Source: Phallusia mammillata
Taxonomy: Eukaryota
Assembly (NCBI GenBank): GCA_965637545.1
Contig: OZ281494.1
Span: forward strand, 5,518,001-5,582,000
Direction of reading: 5' to 3'
Length of the DNA stretch: 64,000 nt
The position numbers and the translations under genes were made by a program. Below the pieces are notes generated by a model. That model was not told the DNA's origin and ran no database searches. It saw nothing but the letters and a program-made list of their open reading frames with translations. The number at the start of each line of letters is the position of its first letter. Position 1 is the first letter of the stretch. Shown here in pieces: positions 49,421 through 60,600 of the stretch.

Positions 49421-52400
49421 TTAATCTCGAAACCGAAGGGGCTTTCTGATTATACGTCCTCTTCGAGTAATGTGAGGGTCTTGTTCAGATATTTCAATTG
49501 GTGGTGCAGAGGCAGAAGTGTTACTTAAGTCACCCGTATCTACTCTAGAATCTATATAAACAGTTGGACTAGTTAGTATAGGGATGTTATCAGTGACAGA
49601 GGTATCAACAGGGGGTCTAGGTAACACAGTAGCATCGGTTATGCCTTCAATAGTAGGAAGATTAGCCACCTTAAGCCTATCGACAGTAACTGTGTTCTCG
49701 CGACCATTCATAGCTAAGGTAAAGAACTTTGGATGCTTATTCAATACCTTAAAGGGACCATCGTATGCGGGGTAAAGTGTTCCCTTTTTGGCTTGCACCC
49801 GTACAAACACGTGAGTGCAGTTTGCAAGTTCTGGGTCAACATAAACATTTACCTGTCGTTGAGGTTTGCGCTTGGCAAAGTTTAGATGCGACATAAATGC
49901 TGTTAGTCGCTTGGAATTGTCTGCTATGGACACGTCAGGTACAATTTCCTCAAAAAACTCACCTGGTAATCGCAACGTTTGCCCATAAACCAATTCAGCT
50001 GCGCACGCATCAATATCAGGCTTGTGGACACTACGTAAACCCAAAAGCACAAGCCCCAGATTGCTATGCCAATTAAGAGGTTGACTATGCGCTTTAAGGG
50101 CAGATTTAAGATATTTATGTTGGATTTCGATGTAACCATTACTTTCAGGCCTATAAGCCGTAGTTTGCTGTAATTTTATCCCAAATTGGGTACAAAAATC
50201 ATTAAAGGTTTCAGAGGTGAACTGTTTCCCACGATCTGATGTACACCTTAATGGTGCCCCAAATCTAGCAACCCAATGCAACAAAAAGGCATTAGTTACA
50301 GTCGTGGCAGTTACGTTAGGCAACGGTATGGCTTCAAACCACCGAGAGAATCTACAACAACAGGTCAACAAATAGGAATAACCATCACACAACGGTAAAG
50401 GACCAACAATGTCCAAATTAACATCTTGAAATCGCCCTGTGGGTTCGATGTAATGACCCAAAGGAGCATGAACATGCCTTTTAACCTTGCAACGTTGGCA
50501 TTCAAGACAATTCTTACTCCACTCGTTAACGTCCTGATTAAGACCGTGCCAGACAAAACGACTACCAATTAAACGACGTGTTGCCTTTACACCTGGATGA
50601 GATAATCCATGCAATGTCATAAAGGCGCGTTTACGTAAAGCAAGTGGAACAATAGGTCTAAAGTTCCCAGTTGATACTTCACCAATCAATTTTAAATCAC
50701 TATTAGGAACTTGCCTTTCGGTTAATTCCAATGACCCGTACAGCTCTTGCAAACTCTCCCGAAATTCACTATCTTGCTGCTGTAGAGCTAAGTCATTTAA
50801 GGACAACAAGTCATCCGCAAGCGATATCGCGTTTACCACAATCCTGGAAAGACCATCCGCCACAACATTCTGAAAACCACTTAAAAATTCCACGTCACTT
50901 GCTTATTGAGCAATATAATCCATATAGCGATGTTGTCTAGGCGTAAAATTACTGGAATTGGAACGGAAGGCTTTAACCAAAGGCATATGGTCTGAAACAA
51001 CATTAAAGTTTCTCCCCTACAAAATGTCTTTAAAGTGTTTTATTGCCAGATAAATCCCAAGCAATTCTCGATCAAACGTACTATAATTCCTTTGCGCACT
51101 ACTTAATACTTTTGAAAAGAATGCGATTGGTTCCCATACACCCTTATTGTACTGGTTCAATGAGGCACCAACAGCAAAATTACTAGCATCGCAAACCAAC
51201 GAGAATCGACCATTTATCAGAGGATAGTGTAGCAAAACTCGATCGCTAAACATTTCCTTAATATCATCAAACGCCTTAATGGATTCAGGCTTCCACTCTA
51301 AACGTTTCTTACAATTTTTAGGTTCATTGCCCAACATTACGTTAAGATGGCATAGAGTGTCTGATGCATGAGGAATGAATCGCCGATAAAAGTTAAAAAT
51401 CCCCAAAAAAGATCTTAATTGTGTGACGGTCTCGGGCCTTGGAAAGTTGCGTATAGCCTCCACCCTGTCCTTGAGTGGTTTTAGCCCATCTTTGGTTATT
51501 CTATGCCCCAAAAAATTAAGTTCAGTTTTGCCCAAGTGCGTTTTCTTTTCGTTTATCAAAATGCCATAATCCGCCAACCTTTGAAACAAGAGTTTGAGAT
51601 GCCTCTCATGCTCTTGCTCGTCAACGCTAGCAATCAACAAATCGTCAACATAGGCAAAACAAAATTCCTCAAAACCACTTACCACTCGATTGATGTACCG
51701 TTGAAACGTTTGACCAGCACATTTAAGACCAAAAGGCAAACGACAAAACTCAAAACTTCCAAAAGGCGTAACAATAGCCGTTTTAGGAATAGAATCTGGA
51801 TGAACCGGTACCTGATAATACGCACTTAGCAAGTCTATAGAGCTGAAAACGTGCTTGCCATGCAAATTATTACAAAAATCCCGTAAGTATGGCAATGGAT
51901 AAGTGTCATTTTCCGTTAATACATTTAGCCGCCTAAAATCACCGACAAATCGTAGGGTATTATCTCGTTTAGGCACACAATGTAAGGCTGAGCTCCAAGG
52001 GCTTGTGGACGGACGTACAATACCCTGTTTCTCTAGCTTAGCAAAATGCTCTCTGGCGACACGCAGTGCTTCAGGCGACAATCGTCTCGGCCGACACGAC
52101 ACTGGCCTTCCTGACGTCACAATTCTATGCATCACATTGTGCTTTACGGTTCGATCAACCGAAATCTGCTGTGTAAGCTCTGGAAACTGTTTTAAAATGC
52201 GTCTATAACGATCATCTTGCGCACAATCAACATCCTTAGGCGCGACACTTACATCAGCTATTTTACAAGTTTGAGCAACCTGACCTTGCGACTGGACGAA
52301 ACAACTGTTCTCTACTGCGAGAGAGCGATTAGCGGGCTTTTTTCCCTTTGCCTTTTTCCGGCGCAACAGACGTCCCCCTTTTACGTCAACTAACAGGTCA

Positions 52401-52723
52401 AAATTGTTCAAAAAATCGGCGCCTAGAATGCAAGAATCGACGTCACAAACAAGAAAAGTCCACGTAAAACGACCAAAATTAAAATTAAGATACAACTCAA
52501 CTTCCCCATAGGATTGAAATTCGTTACCAAGCGCACATTTCATATTTACAGGCATACTTGGACAAAATTCGCGCGCTAAATTACGGGGAATAAGACTCAG
52601 CGCACTACCAGTATCAACAAGAAAATTCAGCTTATTACTTTTATCAAAAATGGTGAAGGTATGAAAACGTTTTTGGCCCCCTGCATCGTTCACCTTTAAT
52701 GAGATGGACGCTGCCCGTTTTTT
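49421..52723 (-). pseudogene. pol: pol (protease, RT, RNase H, integrase), one in-frame TAG at 51017
   Basis: FLVDTGS, LPFGLK, YVDDLL, CDAS, DRELL, HPGVKAT..CLEC, DIVGPLP, SDRGKQF; the stop lies in KDIL*GRNF; -1 frame relative to gag. Confidence 0.95.
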
Positions 52724-54134
52724 TGACGGTTAAGAGCGCAAGGTGGAACACACGTTGTCGCATCAGAACCATACATGTTATGATAATAACATAAATCAGG
52801 AGATGGCATCTGTGGAAAGCGAGGACCCTGATGTCTCGGCTGCCCACCATAGTTCCACTGCCTCGGGCGATACTGCGAGTTTGGGAACCGACCGTTCGGG
52901 CGATAATTGCCGTTATTGCCATTACGTCCTCTATAATTACCAGACCTATTGTACCCGCCATTCGGCCTTCTAGGTTCTTGGAAACGAGGGGCAACAGACG
53001 CAACCGTTTGAGCCGATTTAATAGCCTTCAATTCCTCTGTAACTTCACGCAAACGCTTTTCGATGTTATCATTTATCAACATTTGCGTGTTAGTAAACAT
53101 AGCGTTATCAGCAGAGACATTCGCGACCTTTTCAACCACCCTATCAGGCTGAAACCTTGTTAGTTCGCTAATCAACGTGATTTGATCAGCCTTTTCAGCC
53201 AACTCGTCAACTGACAAGCCATAATCAGGTGCTAAAATCATGCGGATATGAGCTGGCAACCTGTCTTAAAACAACTTTTTTAGCAACTTTTCAGCGTCTG
53301 GACTCAAATCTCGATAGTTACCAAGAAGAACCTTCATCCTATTCAACAAAACACTAGGGCGCTTATTTTCCAAAGTTACATCATGTAACAACTCATGAAC
53401 CTCAGTGATAGGATTGGCACCAAATGCCTTTAAAAGGGCCTGTTTCAAATTGTCGTAGGTACGGTAACGGACATCTCCCAAAATAACGTGGCCAATCCTT
53501 TGCGCTTGCTCCTGGTTAAGCGAAGAGACAATTAAATTAAACTTCATCGCGTCAGAAGTTACTTGGTGGTTTGAAAAGTATTTTCCACTGATGCAAGCCA
53601 TAACTTTACAGAATCCTGCCACATCGGAGGTATTTTAATTTTAGCAACGGATGATGCGGCAGGTGCAAGTTCGCTTAAACCAAAATTAGGCGCGGGAACA
53701 GCAGGATAACGAGGCGTAGAATACGGAGCACGCGTTGCTTGGCTCGGCGGTAAAAACAACGATGCGGCCTGGTCAATAGTTGACCGTGTGGCGGAATAAC
53801 TCAATTGCGGTTGAGGCACGGAGAAAGACAATGCTGCCGACGGCGTTTTTAGAGAAGTGGCCGGCGCATTATCATCTGAAACCGGACAATGCGAGGTAGC
53901 GCTTGTTGAAGGCTTATGGCCCTTGATATCGTTATACCAATCAGTATCGTCGGACCCAGTTGATTCGCTACTAGTATAAACTATAGCGTCCGAACGACCA
54001 GCATTAGGCATGGTAGCGGCACGAGATGAAGAATACATATCTGGCGTTATCAACAATTGTTCAGAAGGTTTACTGCCTTTGAATTTGAGTGCGCTCTTTA
54101 AGAATCCAGAAACGAGACTAGTTTTCTGCGTCAT
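52696..54134 (-). pseudogene. gag: gag (one frameshift near 53585, one stop at 53266)
   Basis: KIPPMW..VKLW..VE, RPSVLL.RMK, LAEKADQI, and the CHCC knuckle CYYHNMYGSDATTCVPPC (C-X2-H-X9-C-X3-C). Confidence 0.9.
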
Positions 54135-54191
54135 TAATTAAGGCGTCGTTAACAGCGATTTTATCAGAAGGTTAAAAGCGCGGAAATCAAT

Positions 54192-54209
54192 ATCACGTCG
54201 GGGTCACCA
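54192..54209 (-). promoter_or_regulatory. Primer-binding site, tRNA-Trp
   Basis: TGGTGACCCCGACGTGAT is the complement of the 3' 18 nt of animal tRNA-Trp; 4 nt from the 5' LTR. Confidence 0.95.
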
Positions 54210-54213
54210 AATT

Positions 54214-54884
54214 TGTACTGACCCAGTGGGTAGACAATTAAACACTCCGTATATCTGACTCTAATAAACAAACAAACTATCACTGTCGAAACAAACCTAA
54301 AAAAACGCAGAACTAAATTAACGTTCCCACATTATATTTCAATAAGGCAAGCCACGAAAGCGCCTCTTGCGGCTAAACACGCAACACAAAAGTCACCGCG
54401 CCACGAATCAACTGTGAGACATCAATTCCAATGCGTACTCTAGTCACTCTATAGTCACTTATGCACTGTTATGGTAACACTAGGTAACTTAAGGTAACTC
54501 TAGATGACTGATTTTTAGTTTGAAACACGTCGGTCTTTATAGCGTTCAGATCAAATGTTGTTATGCAAGCGCAGTCGTAAAAACGTACGCCCGAGAAGGT
54601 TAAGTAAGTTCTAAACCGTAATTATTCTTTAAATTGCTTTACAGAAGTGTCACGTATAACATGGCTGGAGGTTAATTTAGACGTGGTTCTTGTTGACACG
54701 TTAAAAGCGATACAACAATAGCCTTAAGCCAGTATATGACCAGCGTGGTGATTAGAAAACAGGTTTAAAAGCCGGTCAAGCTTTTGTGTAGAAAAAAGGT
54801 GAGGTTTGACCGAGTTTGACCGGGACAATATGACACGACAATGAATTAAAATGTTTTAAATTAAAAAGTCCAAAGTCCGATACA
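54214..54884 (-). repeat. 5' LTR (671 bp)
   Basis: Direct repeat of 45664-46339; by eye about 4 substitutions and one 5-bp indel. Confidence 0.97.
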
Positions 54885-57693
54885 AAGTTAAATGCCTCAC
54901 TGAAATTCAGGCAATATCAAATGCAAAACAAACAATTGCGGAAGCAACAGGATTTTTGATATACCTGAGTAAAGACAATTTGAAGTTTTGCTTTCTTAAT
55001 ACACCATGTGGACAGTATTTGCAACCAAGTGCAATCATATGTAATAATTAATGGACATGTACTGTTTGTCTAAACAGTACCTGCTAAATTGCTTCACAGG
55101 AAGTGTTTCTTAAGAATGAACATTTTACAGACAAGATAGTAGTGACCACCAAGCACATCCTATTGTTGACAAAGAAAAGCTAGTTACTGAAATGAAAATG
55201 TTTCTGCAGATCTGATGTTCATGATTACTTTGAAAATAATCTAGATGATGTTTTGACACGTGAAATTACTAGGATGAAAAATCCTGTTTGCTGTTTCCAT
55301 GAGTCCTGCAAAGGCAAAACAGTTCTTTTCAAAACTGAAAAGGATGCAAACCTTTGTTAGGAACACCATTATTTTCAAAAGACTTGCACTTGCAGTGCTA
55401 GTACTAAATAGAAAAACAGTTTCTCAGTTGTCATTTGGTATCAAGGAAGAAGCTATCAATTATCATGCCCAAACTATAACTTTATGATTCATTTTGGTTG
55501 TGAAAAGGAAGCACAAGGTTTAATAATATGGTTTAAATTTAAGTGAGAGTGTTGTAAATTTTAAAGCTTGAAGGAGTTTTGCACTTATAAAAAGCAATTA
55601 CAAGCTATTTGCCAGCAAATAAAGCAGCAAGTTTAGCAGTTAAGAATCTGAAAGACAAATAATAGTCTGTGCACAAAATTTCAAAGAAAACATGTTAAAA
55701 TAAACAAGTTCTGACACAAATGTAAAGTGGTTGTTAAATTTACCATTTATGATACCAATAAACAGCTATATGGCTAGTTTTTGTGTGTGTGGCAACAACC
55801 TGTGAAGTGTCATAGAATATGTTAAACGCTGACTGCGACCATAAGTTACTTAAATGAAACAGGACCATTTTTTAAATGTTGTCTAACTGAAATACTTCAA
55901 AGTTTTAACTGAAATACTTCAAATGTTGTCTAACTGAAATACTTCGATTCCGTGTCACGTGTGTTACTTTTTTTTCTTATTGTTTTTTCAATATTCTTGT
56001 CGTGTTTTACCGTATTTACAACCGCTTTGTTTCGAGTCCGTGTAACGTGTGTTTTTGTTGCACATTATTGGGTTTGGCCCGTCGCTGTGCAAGTAAACAA
56101 AATACACAAATGATATCATATGCTGTTTACACTCATGTACATTATTGCGTAACAAAAATTACGTCACAATGGACTTGTTTTTCTACACAAAACAATGGCT
56201 AGAAAATTAGAAATGTAGCTTTTCTATATATTGCTAACTTATATTTGTTCAACAAAGGCTAAAATTTGGAGCAGCACCCCACAATTTTTATGCACGAGCC
56301 GCCACTGCATATACACCTTTCTCTTTTATTTTATTGACAAGTTTCATTTTTGGAATTTCGACTTAAGCATGCTCGAGTTCACTTGTTCGGTGATGTAGCA
56401 AAGTTTGGTATTTTGGCAATTAAAATCTCATTATTTAGGGAGTTCTTAAACACGTTGAAAAACTAATGTTACCTGTAAGGCTGGTGATTTCTGTGTTTGA
56501 TTTTGGGATAGAGATTTTGCATGTTGTGTTGTCGTTCGTTTTCGTGCAAAGTGCTGCTCAGATTTTATACGTTATAATCGATTATAATCGTTAGTATTAC
56601 ATTTGAATCAGACGAAACAAGGTAGCAATATATTTGTGATTTGATGAACAACAAAAGTGTGAAACGTTACATAAAAAAACATAAAAAAAACCTCATAAAA
56701 AAGATAGTGAGGTGTTTCAAAACTGTAATTCAAAAATGTGTGAGATTGAATTGATTGACGTATGTGACACACATACATTAATTAGCAAAGTTAAAAAAAA
56801 AAAAAAAAAAATGAAAAAATAAAATAAAAATATGAACTTGTCTTTAAAAAAAAAAAAAAAATGAACTTCATGCTAAACACCTACGTATGTACAAGGCTAA
56901 ACAACAATTGTCAACGACAGGGAAGTATTCTTTACAAAAAGCATCTATTTTGGCAGCTAACTTGCAAGACTTTTGGGGTTTAAGTACCTGACTAGCAAAA
57001 CAGCATTTCTGGGTTAACACTCATGCCCCTCAACAGGCAAAGGAATTGAGTGCTACTAATGTGCCACAAACTAAAATTGCACGAAAGAAAATAAATATAT
57101 AACAGTGATAAATCAGAAAACAAAGTGCACAAAACATAATTATAAAAAATATTGGGATACATTGTTGAACAGTGTATGAAGTCTTAGAACAAACCAAACC
57201 AGAAAAAAAATCATCACAAAGGGTGTAATTTTGGAATAAACCAACCCCTACCAAAACTACTAATGAATGAACAAAAAGGGAGCTGTCTTTGACTTTAACT
57301 GTCCCTATTGTAAAACAAGACCGACATATAGATTATGCGGAAAAAAGCACCATGACTCAGCACATTTTGTTTGAGAAATAATTAAAATGTGGTTGAAGAA
57401 ACACATGTACATGTTGTATTGCACAGCACAACAAAAATATCTTTAAAAACTTAATTATCTGTTACATTGTGCATAATTATCACTTGAAGTGTATAAAACA
57501 TAAGTAAATACAAGACTACTATTTAGAATCTGTTATTTGAATTAAAGAACATTAAAGCACTTGCATACAATGTTGGGCATCTTTGTATATCTGGGTAGGT
57601 TAAATCCGACCTGGTACTGGATTCAAACAAGAGCCTATCTTTTGACAGTCAACAGACCATATATGATTTTTCACTTAGTCTTGGGTTAAATAT

Positions 57694-60600
57694 TTACATT
57701 ATGAATCCGAAAATTTTAGAACTTATCACAGCTTCTCCGAGTTTTTCTTGTTCTGTGTAAAGTAATGATTTGAATTAAAGTTTTTTTTTTCAAATTTGAT
57801 TCAAATTTACAAGGTTGCACTAAACCTTCGCTTTTCAATACACATCTAAAATTACAACATGAATTGTATTTCAAGAAATGTACCTTGCTGAGAGTTGGTG
57901 AATGTGTCTTTCCATGTGTGTGTTCTTGTACTGAAGCAACATAAATGAGTACTTTGACTGTGAAACATGGTTGATGTTAGTAGGATTCAGGAAATGCTAC
58001 TTTCTTTAAATTAGAAATTCATACCCTCCAAGAACAATAATTTCATCATTTGAAATAAAAAAAGATGTTGCATAGTTCAAGACAAATGGTGCATAAGGCA
58101 AAGTGGTCCAGGTGGGATTTTTAGTACTTGTGTCGAGGAACTCACAACTATTGAAAGGTTGCTTGCTGTGAGAACATCCGCCTAAGAACATACACACATA
58201 TTATTATTTAGACAAATCACAGTTTGGCTAAAATTGGCAATCAATGATTGGCTAGTTATGAGAACACTATAGTACATCAACCTTCAATAAAATGAATTTT
58301 GATAAATATTGAATTGATAACAAAATTTGTTTAAAAAGCTGCAATGTTTTACCAAACACGTAGATCACATCACCAACTGCGGAAGCAGCAAAATTCATTC
58401 TTGCATTATTAAGAGGTGCAACTTTTTTCCATTGGTTTGTCCTGACATTTACGGCATCAACAGAACTTATTATTCTAGCTGTACAAAAGCAAATTGTTTA
58501 GCTTTCACACTTATTATCCCCTTTAAAATGCTGCACTGGCAGTAAATGCAGTGATTGTAAAAAACATACAGATTAATAAATGTTTGCTTGTTCCATTTTA
58601 GGTTCTTTAAACCAATGGTTCCCAACCATTTTTCAAAGCAACCGAAATACTTTGCAAATTTTGTTTTGTGATTTCTCTCCACTATAATATATATTTTTTT
58701 ACTGTCATGCTTGCATTTTAGTCTATAATTTAGTAATGCTTTTGAAAATAACTATGCCAGTTTAGAAAATCAAAAAATTAAACAAATAGTATTTGTTTTC
58801 TTTTTTGACCAAACTTTTGAGTTTAGCACGAACTTTAGAGCTGGTATCAGCATGACAAAGCTCAACAGACAGCTAACATGTAACTTATGATGTTACAAAC
58901 AGAATTAACCAATAGCATGCCAAGTTTATTTGGTAACAATTTAAATCTGTAGAGAAATTTTAAAAAAAACGCTACGAAATAAAGTTAAAAACTATATGCT
59001 CTTGTTGTCCAAAAAACAGGCGACCCAACTTTGGATCTCGACCTATAGGTTGCAAAACACTGCTTTAATCAGTATGTAACTTTGTTTATTCTATTTTGTA
59101 AATGTTCATTTGCTATTAAATTTTGCAAAATGTTGGAATGCAACATTGATGAGTTCTTACATAGGCGTGGTCGTAGAAGTCTTGTATCTCTTCCTCCAAG
59201 TAGAAAAACATTTTCTGAAACAAACTTGGAATTGTTTTATGTCAAAACTAATATCTTGAACTAAGAAGGATGTATGCTTTTTTACCAAAGTCCTTGGAAA
59301 TCTAATAAGTTTTAGTTACAGCTAAACGCTGAAAAATGCCTGACAGTTACATACCTCCAATAACGACAACACATGCCTCAGACCTGTTGTTTTGTTGATC
59401 CTTTTGCATATCATGTTCCCAACAACCATCAACATACCTTTCCGTTTGATTTTCAAATCTTTGATTTGAGTAACCACCAAAAATGTAAACAGAACCTAAA
59501 TGAACCGAGAATTCCCAATAGTGAAGTTACTGTATTTTTGGTAATTAAAATCCTAAAAAGATTCACACTATTTTTAACTTCCTAATATCAGGTCACAACA
59601 ATTTTTATACATTAAGGATTGATTGTCACTCTATGCAGACCAATTCATACCCTTAACTGATACTGCAGTTGCACCAGCTCGATGAAAATTCAAACTACAC
59701 TCTAATGTCCAAGATTTCCCATTAAATGACATAACTGATGTTGTCCCACTTTTACAATTGGTATCAAGACCTCCACAAAACATGACTTTATTTTCATGCA
59801 GAACAATTGCACTGTGGTAGCTCACACGGAAAGGTGGTTGAACAATCTACCAAAACCCAAAAATAACTATAGCTAAATGTGGGTAATTGCATACAATCCA
59901 TAGATGTTAATCAAATGCTTGGGATTAACTATGATTTTTTGATTCATTTGGGTATAAACAATGATCTGACTGAGCAGCTCATGCTATAGTCTAAGAAAAG
60001 TGAAAAAGGATCTCCATTGCCATTAATGAGCATTACAGTAATGCAAGAAGGGGGATATCCCCACCGTGAGGATCTCTGTTTTAGACCACCTAGGTCTGGG
60101 TCCTAAGAGGGCCAATATAGCCACGCATTTGAAAGTGTGTTTCTTAGAGAGCCATACAATATTTTTTTGTTTCCTTTAACTGAAGAAATCAACTACAAAA
60201 ATAAATATTTTATGACATACTGTACTGCTTTAAAAATATGAACTAAAATTTGTCTGAGAGCCAGAGGCAATCATCAAAAGAGGAACTTCTGGCTTGCCAG
60301 CCATAGGTTCTGACACCTGACCAAGGTGAGGATTGAGCAACTTTCAATGGCAAACCATACATTATCTCATGGCATGGTAGTATGTTGAAGCATGGTGGTT
60401 AAAACCATTGTGTTATAAATTGAAGTTGTATTGATAAAAAAAATCAAAAATTTATATCAATACCTCCGTTTTTGGAGTGGTTTCTGTAAGTTGGAGAGTT
60501 TGAACACTATTTTGTGGTGTCAAAATGTACAATCCCTTGTTGACTAAAAAAATAAGGGATAACTGTAAAAAAAGAATTTTTCTTAACAAAATTTTCTTAA

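Larger units (their letters stand above)
45664..54884 (-). mobile_element. Full-length Ty3/Gypsy LTR retrotransposon, CsRN1/Kabuki-like, with env-like ORF (9.2 kb)
   Basis: Two near-identical LTRs (TG..CA), 4-bp TSD AAGT (45660-45663, 54885-54888), tRNA-Trp PBS, PPT, gag with CHCC motif, pol in PR-RT-RH-IN order, third ORF. Confidence 0.97.
44928..56307 (+). mobile_element. Decayed hAT DNA transposon (about 2.2 kb without the nested LTR element)
   Basis: TIRs CAGGGGCGGCTCGTGC / GCACGAGCCGCCACTG; 8-bp TSD CATATACA (44920-44927, 56308-56315); empty site visible near base 40; hAT dimerisation-like remnant FSKLKRMQTFVRNT..RLALAVL at 55299-55487. Confidence 0.9.

Noticed and set aside
56793-56861. 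A-rich insert as a retrocopy tail
   Set aside because: No body sequence; looks like a local poly(A) expansion or low-quality consensus.
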